The notes: generated by a model not told the origin, from the letters alone. A stretch of DNA of 7,167 nucleotides from Candidatus Heimdallarchaeota archaeon (GCA_030614005.1 JAUWKS010000105.1:1-7167), one strand, 5' to 3'; numbered from the stretch's first letter, positions 1-6,585 are shown. Numbers and translations are program-made.

Positions 1-55
1 AGCGGTTTGGCAAAAATACCTTTACTCTAGTTTAAACTGAACAAACTAATTTAGG

Positions 56-1039
56 ATGAAAAAAATGACTATATTATCACAATTTCCTTGGTGGATATTT
101 CTCATAGTTGTGCTTTTAGCTTTTGTCTGTGAACTCACGGACTCATCTTTGGGTATGGGTTATGGTACCACATTGACTCCGATTCTCTTACTTTTAGGAT
201 TTGATGTAATGCAAATAGTACCTGCTGTTCTTTTATCTGAATTTCTTACTGGCATTGTATCTGCAGTTTTTCATTCACTTTTAAAGAATATGACTTTAGG
301 GCGAAATAAAGTTGTAGTTGGAAACCCCGTTATAAATTCAGAAACTGATATAATAAACCTAACAACTAGTGGTGGAAAATCATTGACAAAAATGTCTTCT
401 CCCCAAAAACCAACCTTTATTGAGAAAGTCAATGAATTGACTTTGGACACAAAAGTTATTATTGTCTTGACATTTTTTGGTATTTTAGGCACCTTGGCAT
501 CTGTAATAATTTCAATAATTTTCGGTTATGATGCCATATTCAAATTCGGTGTGAAAGTCTATATTGGTATAATGGTTTTCGCAATGGGTATCCTTATTCT
601 CATATTTAGAAAAAAACAAATCCGTTTTTCATTTAAGAAAATTACTTTGTTGGGCACAATCGCTGGTGCTAACAAAGGTATATCTGGTGGAGGATATGGT
701 CCGCTAGCAGTTTCGGGACAAATTCTTTCAGGTCGAGAGGGAAAAAATGCTATTGCATCTACTTCTCTATCAGAAGGAATTATTTGTTTTGTTGGAGCTC
801 TTGCTTTTCTTATAACTAGTATTGTTACCAGTAGTATAGCTGGAGGACCTATTTCTTATGGTAATTGGGAATTAGCTCCTTTTATAGTTGGAGGTGCAAT
901 ATTCTCAGCACCATTAGCTGCTTTTATAACAAAGAAAGTAGAAAATAGATGGTTGATAATAGTTGTAGGAATAGTTACAGTAGTTCTCGGGTTATTTAGC
1001 TTGACAAAAACAGTTCTTGGTTTTACTGGAGTATGGTGA
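56..1039 (+). CDS. Sulfite exporter TauE/SafE family (TSUP) multi-pass membrane protein
   Basis: 327-aa ORF with about 8 hydrophobic segments. It has the two pseudo-repeat Gly-rich motifs typical of this family: DSSLGMGYGTTLTPILL and GANKGISGGGYGPLAVSGQIL..G......AIASTSLSE. The true start may be the in-frame ATG at 65, since AGGATGA at 53-59 is SD-like. Substrate cannot be determined from sequence. Confidence 0.85.
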   Translation: MKKMTILSQFPWWIFLIVVLLAFVCELTDSSLGMGYGTTLTPILLLLGFDVMQIVPAVLLSEFLTGIVSAVFHSLLKNMTLGRNKVVVGNPVINSETDIINLTTSGGKSLTKMSSPQKPTFIEKVNELTLDTKVIIVLTFFGILGTLASVIISIIFGYDAIFKFGVKVYIGIMVFAMGILILIFRKKQIRFSFKKITLLGTIAGANKGISGGGYGPLAVSGQILSGREGKNAIASTSLSEGIICFVGALAFLITSIVTSSIAGGPISYGNWELAPFIVGGAIFSAPLAAFITKKVENRWLIIVVGIVTVVLGLFSLTKTVLGFTGVW

Positions 1040-1051
1040 GACCAAGTACCC

Positions 1052-1065
1052 TTTTCTTTTTTTTT
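1052..1065 (+). terminator. Oligo-T archaeal-type terminator after the TauE gene
   Basis: TTTTCTTTTTTTTT starts 13 nt after the TGA at 1037-1039; a second T-run lies near 1090-1097. Confidence 0.65.
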
Positions 1066-1150
1066 ATTACAAATTTAGCTTAGATCTAATTTTTTTTCGA
1101 AGCAATATACTTACACTATCAACTTCACTCCACAAGATTTTCGATTGAAG

Positions 1151-1167
1151 AACAAAATTAAAATATA
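1151..1167 (+). promoter_or_regulatory. Candidate BRE/TATA promoter for the POR operon
   Basis: Purine-rich AACAAAA is followed by TTAAAATATA. A second candidate, CATATAAG, lies at 1216-1223. This is motif resemblance only, in an AT-rich region. Confidence 0.35.
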
Positions 1168-1290
1168 GATAGCTTTTGTCTAGCATGATAGGAGAAAAAA
1201 GAACACACAATCAACCATATAAGAAGAAAAATCTAAAAATTACTTCAAAATGAAGGTTGATGTGAAGTATTCTCAATCTTATCATGCGCA

Positions 1291-1899
1291 ATGATAAAGA
1301 AAAAAAAACACTCTGAGTGTGACCTAAAATTGGTTGATGACAAATTAACTGATATTCGATTCCACGGTCGTGGCGGACAAGGTGTAGTAACCGCTTCTCG
1401 TATAGCAGCAGAAGCAGCCCTTGCCGAGGATAAATATGTCCACGCCTTTCCAGCTTTTGGTCCAGAAAGAGCCGGTGCACCTATAGAAGGGTTTACTCGC
1501 ATTTCCTCTGAAGAGTTCACTTTAAAAACAGAGATTCACTATCCCGATATAATTGTGATTTTAGATCCAACACTAATCGGTACAGTAAATCTAGGTAAAG
1601 GACTCAAAGAAGGGGGAATTGTTATAGCAAACTTTGCCGGGTCGATGGACGAGTTAAAGAAAAAAATAGGCCTTAAAACTAAGGCCGAATACCATAAAGT
1701 AGACGCTACTAAAATTGCTAACGAAGAATTAGGTAGACCGATTACCAATACTGTTATGCTTGGTGCAATGATCAAAATAACAGGTATTGTTGATTTAGAT
1801 CTTGTTTGCAATATCACCGCAGCACGATTCCCAGGAGCTGTAGGTGAGAAGAACGTTAAAGCAATAAAAAGAGCATTCAAGGAGACTGAAAGTGAATGA
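1291..1899 (+). CDS. porC: Pyruvate/2-oxoacid:ferredoxin oxidoreductase gamma subunit
   Basis: Hallmark IRFHGRGGQGVVTAS, FPAFGPERAGAP, DIIVILDPTL, VDATKIA..ELGRPITNTVMLGA. The start is ambiguous: ATG 1291 has no SD, while in-frame TTG 1330 follows an SD-like GAGTGTGA (1315-1322) and gives a more typical N-terminus (MVDDKLTDIRFHG). This subunit is often called porG in Thermococcales. Confidence 0.95.
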   Translation: MIKKKKHSECDLKLVDDKLTDIRFHGRGGQGVVTASRIAAEAALAEDKYVHAFPAFGPERAGAPIEGFTRISSEEFTLKTEIHYPDIIVILDPTLIGTVNLGKGLKEGGIVIANFAGSMDELKKKIGLKTKAEYHKVDATKIANEELGRPITNTVMLGAMIKITGIVDLDLVCNITAARFPGAVGEKNVKAIKRAFKETESE

Positions 1900-2219
1900 G
1901 CAAAAATAAACTCTCCGAAAAAGAAATGAAAGAATGGATAGAGCAACAATGGGGTTATGAAAAACTCCCAATGGGCGGATCTGTTCCTTTTGGTGGTTCC
2001 TCTATTTACTTCAAAACAGGTGACTGGAGCCCATTCAAAGCAGTGGTTGACCGCGAAACGTGTACTAAATGTACCAGATGTTTCTTCCTCTGTCCTGATT
2101 CAGCAATAACCATGGATGATGATGGAATTCCAATAATGGACTTCGATTATTGTAAAGGCTGTGGTATCTGTGCTGAAGAGTGTCCTGCTGACGCTATCGC
2201 AATGAAGGATCTTTCTTAA
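1896..2219 (+). CDS. porD: Pyruvate/2-oxoacid:ferredoxin oxidoreductase delta subunit (2x[4Fe-4S] ferredoxin-like)
   Basis: Two CxxCxxCxxxCP motifs (CTKCTRCFFLCP, CKGCGICAEECP), plus KTGDW and DFDYCKGCGIC. ATGA overlap with the porC stop at 1896-1899. Confidence 0.96.
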   Translation: MSKNKLSEKEMKEWIEQQWGYEKLPMGGSVPFGGSSIYFKTGDWSPFKAVVDRETCTKCTRCFFLCPDSAITMDDDGIPIMDFDYCKGCGICAEECPADAIAMKDLS

Positions 2220-2220
2220 T

Positions 2221-2227
2221 AGGTGAT
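2221..2227 (+). promoter_or_regulatory. Shine-Dalgarno site of porA
   Basis: AGGTGAT, complementary to the archaeal 16S 3' end AUCACCU, lies 5 nt before ATG 2233. Confidence 0.85.
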
Positions 2228-2232
2228 CACTT

Positions 2233-3429
2233 ATGACTAAAGCATCAAGTACCCCCGGTAAAAGAGTAGGTATGACAGGCGACGAAGCCGTTGCTAATTC
2301 TATGGCAGTTATTAACCCAGATGTTGTTGCTGCTTATCCGATTACTCCTCAAACAATCATTGTCGAACATTTCAGTGACTTTGTTAATGATGGCGAAGTA
2401 GACACAGAGTACATTACAGTTGAATCCGAACACAGTGCTATGAGCGCTTGTGTTGGTGCCAGTGCCACTGGTGCGCGAGTATTTACTGCCTCTGCAAGTC
2501 AAGGTATCGCTTTAATGTATGAAATTCTCTTTATTGCTTCCGCTTCAAGATTACCTATCGTAATGGCTGTTGCAAACCGAGCATTAAGTGGTCCAATTAA
2601 TATTCACGGTGAATTAACAGACCAAACCGTCTGTCGTGATACTGGTTGGATATCCATGTTCTCAGAATCTGCACAAGAAGCATATGATGCAGGATTCATA
2701 GCTTTCAAAATTGGTGAACATCCTGATGTTTCCTTACCAGTAATGTATGGTCTTGACGGGTTTATTTTAACCCATGCTCTAGAGGGTGTTTATCCTCTTG
2801 ACAGAAAATTCGTTAAAAAATACTTACCTGAACGTGAGATGGTCCATCCAACAATCCCTGGCAACCCAGTTTCTTCTGGTCTTCTAGCTCTCCAAAACTA
2901 TTACATGGAAATTAAGTACCAACAAGAAATTGCTATGGATGCTGCCCGAAAAGTAATTCCAAAAGCCTTCGAAGAATTTGGAGATTTAACCGGACGCTAT
3001 TACAAGAACGTTGAAGAACACCAAATGGAAGACGCTGAAGTTGCTTTTGTTACCATGGGTGCGTTAGCTGGTACAGCAAAATATGTTGTTGATAAGCTTC
3101 GCAAAGCTGGTGAGAAAGTTGGTATGTTGAAAGTGAAAACCTTCAGACCATTCCCAGAAGAGGATTTGGCTAAAGCATTGAAAGGTATCGAAACAATAGG
3201 CGTTATTGATAGAGACCTTACTTTTGGCGCACCAGGTCCAGCTCTATACACTGACATTAAAACATCACTTTATGACCACAAAGAACGTCCACAAGTGCTT
3301 GGTTTCGTTGCAGGCCTTGGTGGAAGAGATGTTGCACAAGATGAATTCAATTACATCTACAAGCAAGTGCTTAAGAATAAAGGCGCTGAAAAATCCGTTC
3401 CAGTAGAATGGGTCGGTCTTAGAAAGTAG
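2233..3429 (+). CDS. porA: Pyruvate/2-oxoacid:ferredoxin oxidoreductase alpha subunit
   Basis: AYPITPQT substrate loop, ESEHSA (catalytic Glu), TASASQG, VANRALSGPINIH (substrate Arg), DGFILTH and LKVKTFRPFP; 398 aa. Confidence 0.97.
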   Translation: MTKASSTPGKRVGMTGDEAVANSMAVINPDVVAAYPITPQTIIVEHFSDFVNDGEVDTEYITVESEHSAMSACVGASATGARVFTASASQGIALMYEILFIASASRLPIVMAVANRALSGPINIHGELTDQTVCRDTGWISMFSESAQEAYDAGFIAFKIGEHPDVSLPVMYGLDGFILTHALEGVYPLDRKFVKKYLPEREMVHPTIPGNPVSSGLLALQNYYMEIKYQQEIAMDAARKVIPKAFEEFGDLTGRYYKNVEEHQMEDAEVAFVTMGALAGTAKYVVDKLRKAGEKVGMLKVKTFRPFPEEDLAKALKGIETIGVIDRDLTFGAPGPALYTDIKTSLYDHKERPQVLGFVAGLGGRDVAQDEFNYIYKQVLKNKGAEKSVPVEWVGLRK

Positions 3430-3433
3430 GAGG
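3429..3433 (+). promoter_or_regulatory. Shine-Dalgarno site of porB
   Basis: GGAGG overlaps the porA stop codon and lies 11 nt before ATG 3445. Confidence 0.7.
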
Positions 3434-3444
3434 CATGAAAAAAA

Positions 3445-4431
3445 ATGACTTCATCCGAAGAATTAAAGAAAGTTAGAATTCCCCCAGCCAAGGAATTAAT
3501 GCGATTAAAAGATCGCTTGGCTCCTGGTCACAGATTATGCGCAGGTTGTACTGCTGGTACAATTGCTAGATGCGCAACCTTAGTTACCGATCCAGATGAT
3601 GTAGTAATATTCCATGCAACAGGTTGTTTGGAAGTCGCTACCACTGTCTATCCATTTACCGCCTGGCGAGTACCTTGGTTCCATAATGCATTTGAAAATG
3701 TTGCTGCAACTGCAAGTGGTGCAGAAGCTGCTTATCGCTCAATGGTCAAAAAAGGCAAATTAAAGAAAGTACCAGACATCATTGCTTTTGCAGGTGATGG
3801 TGGAACTTATGATATCGGTTTACAATCTCTAAGCGGAGCACTTGAACGTGGGCACGATTTTGTATACATTTGTTATACAAATGGTGCATACATGAATACT
3901 GGTATCCAACGTTCTGGTGGCACACCAATGTATGCTGCTACGACAACTTCTCCTGCCGGTACAGTTATTCCTGGTAAAATGGAGTGGCGAAAAGATTTAG
4001 TAGCAATTGCTGCCGCTCACAAAATTCCATACGTTGCAACCGCTTCCCCAGCAGATCATAGAGATTTGATGACCAAAGTTCGCAGAGCTTTGGATGTTGA
4101 AGGTCCAGCATTTCTTTTAGTTGATATGCCATGCCCAAGAGGTTGGCGATTCAATGAAAAAGACTCAGTTGCTGTTGCAAAACAAGCAATTGATAATTGT
4201 TACTTCCCATTATACGAAATCTACGATGGACGTGAATACGTGCTAAGTAGAATGAGTAAAACGATTGCTAAAAAGCCCGAAAAGAAAGTTCCAGTAGAAG
4301 TCTACTTGAAAGGGCAAGGAAGGTTCAAACACCTCTTCAAACCAACAAAGAGAGATGATTTGATTACATTGTTCCAACAAGCAGTTGACCAGGAATGGGA
4401 ACATCTTCAGAAATTAACTGAAATGTATTAA
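3445..4431 (+). CDS. porB: Pyruvate/2-oxoacid:ferredoxin oxidoreductase beta subunit (TPP-binding)
   Basis: PGHRLCAGC, ATGCLEV, TPP/Mg motif GDGGTYDIGLQSLSGALERGH...NGAYMNTGIQRS and MPCPRGW. All four Cys ligands of the proximal [4Fe-4S] cluster are present. Confidence 0.97.
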   Translation: MTSSEELKKVRIPPAKELMRLKDRLAPGHRLCAGCTAGTIARCATLVTDPDDVVIFHATGCLEVATTVYPFTAWRVPWFHNAFENVAATASGAEAAYRSMVKKGKLKKVPDIIAFAGDGGTYDIGLQSLSGALERGHDFVYICYTNGAYMNTGIQRSGGTPMYAATTTSPAGTVIPGKMEWRKDLVAIAAAHKIPYVATASPADHRDLMTKVRRALDVEGPAFLLVDMPCPRGWRFNEKDSVAVAKQAIDNCYFPLYEIYDGREYVLSRMSKTIAKKPEKKVPVEVYLKGQGRFKHLFKPTKRDDLITLFQQAVDQEWEHLQKLTEMY

Positions 4432-4443
4432 CTATAGATAATC

Positions 4444-4480
4444 GAGAAAAGGTTTAATCCTTTTTCTCCTCTTATTTTTC
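4444..4480 (+). terminator. Hairpin plus pyrimidine tract terminating the por operon
   Basis: GAGAAAAGG-tttaat-CCTTTTTCTC (9-bp stem with one bulged T, 4444-4468) is followed by CTCTTATTTTTC and starts 13 nt after the porB stop. Confidence 0.65.
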
Positions 4481-4536
4481 TATTCAAAAACTCTTGCCGA
4501 GAAGCAGTTGAGACTAAGATTTGGATCATTTAGACC

Positions 4537-4544
4537 TTTTTAAA
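4537..4544 (+). promoter_or_regulatory. Candidate TATA box for the small ORF at 4601
   Basis: TTTTTAAA would place a TSS near 4565-4572, upstream of the GGAGGT SD. Motif resemblance only. Confidence 0.35.
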
Positions 4545-4585
4545 CAAAAAATACTGTTGGTTTTATTGAGAATATGTCTCCTCTT

Positions 4586-4591
4586 GGAGGT
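4586..4591 (+). promoter_or_regulatory. Shine-Dalgarno site of the small ORF at 4601
   Basis: GGAGGT lies 9 nt before ATG 4601. Confidence 0.7.
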
Positions 4592-4600
4592 AAATGAAAA

Positions 4601-4735
4601 ATGATGAAACTGATGAAGAACAAACGATTAACATTGATCTTGCTTTTTGGAGCTATTATATTACTCTGGGTAACAATGACCTTAACAATTGGCCCACCTG
4701 ATGAAGCGCCACCTTTCATAACACCTGGTCCTTAA
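4601..4735 (+). CDS. Hypothetical 44-aa single-pass membrane or signal-peptide microprotein (not in ORF track)
   Basis: Translated by hand: MMKLMKNKRLTLILLFGAIILLWVTMTLTIGPPDEAPPFITPGP, then TAA at 4733-4735. It has a strong SD at normal spacing, a basic N-region, a 21-aa uncharged hydrophobic stretch and a Pro-rich tail. It fills an otherwise empty 390-nt gap. Alternative in-frame ATGs lie at 4604 and 4613. Confidence 0.7.
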   Translation: MMKLMKNKRLTLILLFGAIILLWVTMTLTIGPPDEAPPFITPGP

Positions 4736-4790
4736 AAATTTTTATTTTGGGAAACCAATAACAAAAATTACCGAGGAAAACATGGTTTAG

Positions 4791-4830
4791 GTGCCTTCTA
4801 AATTAGAAAGGCGCTTCTTTTACTTATTTT
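4791..4830. terminator. Probable bidirectional terminator between the convergent small ORF and the Rab-like gene
   Basis: Hairpin GTGCCTTCTA-aat-TAGAAAGGCGC (4791-4814, one bulged A). On + it is followed by TTCTTTTACTTATTTTTT. On - it begins 9 nt after the GTPase stop, with T-rich sequence further downstream. Confidence 0.6.
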
Positions 4831-5414
4831 TTTGCTTCTGCTGCTTCCTTCTCAGCTATCGATTTTTCTGCATTGCCAACCATAGATTTAGTCAAACGAC
4901 TGAAAACTTTCTTGATAGTTTCACCTGTTTTTGCAGATGTTTCGAGATAGGGGATTCTATAGCCTAATTCTTTTGATTTTTTAGAAGCAAAATATTTTCC
5001 TTGAGCTGTTGATACTTGTCGATTTTTCAAATCAATTTTGTTTCCAATGATGAGGATTGGAATAGTTATGCAGTTGTCTTGTACTTCCTTAAACCACATA
5101 TCAAGATTCCCAAAGGAAACCTTATTTGTAACATCAAAAACTATAAGACAACCTAATGCTCCACGATAGTAGAGTGGGCGTATCTTAGAAAAGCGTTCCT
5201 GACCCCCGGTATCCCATAATTGAATTTTTACTTTCTTGCCACCCATTACCATCCGCTTTATTGAGAAATCAACTCCAATGGTCATTTTGTAGCTATCTTG
5301 GAATTTATCTTCTGTAAATCTGAGTGATAGAGCAGTTTTCCCTACAGCACCGTCACCTACGATAATCGTTTTAAAAAGATAATCGAACTGTGATAGCACT
5401 GCTTCTTTGGTCAA
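4824..5414 (-). CDS. Rab-like small GTPase (Ras superfamily; Asgard-type eukaryotic signature protein)
   Basis: G1 GDGAVGKT, G2/RabF1 TIGVDF, RabF2 KIQLW, G3 WDTGGQ, RabF3 RFSKI, RabF4 YYRGA, RabF5 LIVFDVT, G4 NKID, G5 ETSAK. TTG start with SD-like AAGGATGG upstream; no C-terminal Cys. Confidence 0.95.
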   Translation of the reverse strand: MTKEAVLSQFDYLFKTIIVGDGAVGKTALSLRFTEDKFQDSYKMTIGVDFSIKRMVMGGKKVKIQLWDTGGQERFSKIRPLYYRGALGCLIVFDVTNKVSFGNLDMWFKEVQDNCITIPILIIGNKIDLKNRQVSTAQGKYFASKKSKELGYRIPYLETSAKTGETIKKVFSRLTKSMVGNAEKSIAEKEAAEAKK

Positions 5415-5676
5415 TTTTTCCCATCCTTTACTTTACCATTAGTGTATTTATGTGAAACCGTTTCTATAAGACTATCCTAAATTATAATGAAAACGTAAAA
5501 AACCTTTGCTTTGGGTACTTTTTCCTTTATGTTTCTGTTCATTTCTATATTAAGTAGTTGCTAAAAAGCTACGTATCATTATTATTTGTCAACTAAGTTT
5601 ATTTGTGATGAAATCTCATTATTCACAGCTGAATTTACTATCTTAAGCTACAATCAAAGGAGATTTCAATTGGTCA

Positions 5677-6585
5677 ATGTCAAACATGGATGATATTTAT
5701 GATGCAGCATTTGTTGGTGCACCTGGTGATAAAATCCTCTTGCCTCTTATGGGGTATCCATCAGAGCGCGATGCAATTTTCATTGCATTAGTAACTGCTG
5801 AATATTTTGGCAGTGATTTGCATGTTTTTCATGTAGAAAGTAAAAACCATGAAGCTGAGCGATTTTTCAAAGAACAAATAATCTGGTTACAAGAGAAAGC
5901 TAAGAAGATGAATGTTAACGTTGATATTATTATTAAAGAACAACTCTTTAACCTCCGACTTCATCAAGTCATTCTAAACGAAATTGAAATTATTAATCCT
6001 AATTTGACTTTTATGATGAGTCGTCGAAAAGGTATTTTTCAGAAATTTAGGGGAAGCATTGCTGAGCGTGTTGCTCGAGCGAGCCCAACTTCAGTAGTTA
6101 TAATACGTTCACCCATCAAAGATTGGACCACTTATGGAGATCATCTTGAACCGAGAAGAATAATCGTTCCTATTGGCACTGATTCTCCCTGTGAATTATT
6201 TGCAACTCAGTTAGCTATTGCACTTGCTAATGCCGGGAAAACCGAAGATGCAGAAATAATTCTTTTACATGTAATTGTTATCCCCGAAACAGTACCAATA
6301 GATACTGCTAATGATGAGATGCTTGTTGACCAGGAACTGAAATTCATCAAACAAGCTGGAAAATTCAGTACACTTCTTCTCTTTCCTATGCAGTCAAAAG
6401 TTCTTATCGGAAGAGATATCGGTCGTTCTGTTAGCCAATATGTCAATAAAGTCCATGCTGACATGGTAGTAATGGGTGTCCCTTATTTACCAAGAAAATT
6501 CTTGGGCTTGTACGGAACCGATACCAATGAAATCTATCATAAGAGTAAATGCCCCGTAGCAATGATTTTCAGAAAAAAATGTTAA
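5677..6585 (+). CDS. Universal stress protein with two tandem USP domains
   Basis: 302 aa with two USP-like halves: KILLP...LHVFHV...GSIAERVARASPTSVVIIR and RRIIVP...IILLHVIVIP...ADMVVMG...GT...I...SKCPVAMI. AGGAG at 5658-5662. Confidence 0.88.
   Translation: MSNMDDIYDAAFVGAPGDKILLPLMGYPSERDAIFIALVTAEYFGSDLHVFHVESKNHEAERFFKEQIIWLQEKAKKMNVNVDIIIKEQLFNLRLHQVILNEIEIINPNLTFMMSRRKGIFQKFRGSIAERVARASPTSVVIIRSPIKDWTTYGDHLEPRRIIVPIGTDSPCELFATQLAIALANAGKTEDAEIILLHVIVIPETVPIDTANDEMLVDQELKFIKQAGKFSTLLLFPMQSKVLIGRDIGRSVSQYVNKVHADMVVMGVPYLPRKFLGLYGTDTNEIYHKSKCPVAMIFRKKC

Noticed and set aside
271-492. 73-aa minus-strand ORF
   Set aside because: Antisense shadow inside the well-supported TauE gene; no recognisable motif.
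1080-1089. Palindrome TTAGATCTAA
   Set aside because: Single short AT-rich palindrome in the terminator region with no second copy; chance is likely.
1211-1949. Minus-strand ORFs 1211-1480, 1245-1520 and 1539-1949
   Set aside because: They lie antisense to porC/porD and the upstream region and have no domain signature.
1896-1975. Apparent N-terminal extension on PorD
   Set aside because: Archaeal PorD subunits of about 105 aa (e.g. in Thermococcales) have a comparable N-terminal segment, so 107 aa is ordinary.
2245-3406. ORFs 2245-2502 (-), 3000-3257 (-) and 3206-3406 (+)
   Set aside because: They lie wholly within porA on another strand or frame and have no independent support.
56-4431. 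Functional link between the TauE protein and the POR operon
   Set aside because: They are separated by an oligo-T terminator and about 250 nt with separate promoter candidates; adjacency alone is not evidence.
5415-5676. Divergent GTPase/USP intergenic region examined for small ORFs, ncRNA and repeats (ATTATAAT palindrome at 5481-5488; 11-aa ORF MFLFISILSSC)
   Set aside because: It must contain promoters, but no single TATA/BRE could be assigned with confidence. The tiny ORF has no SD, and I found no stable structure or repeat.
6571-6585. USP C-terminal RKKC as a lipidation signal
   Set aside because: It is not a CAAX, CC or CXC motif, and nothing in the window supports prenylation.
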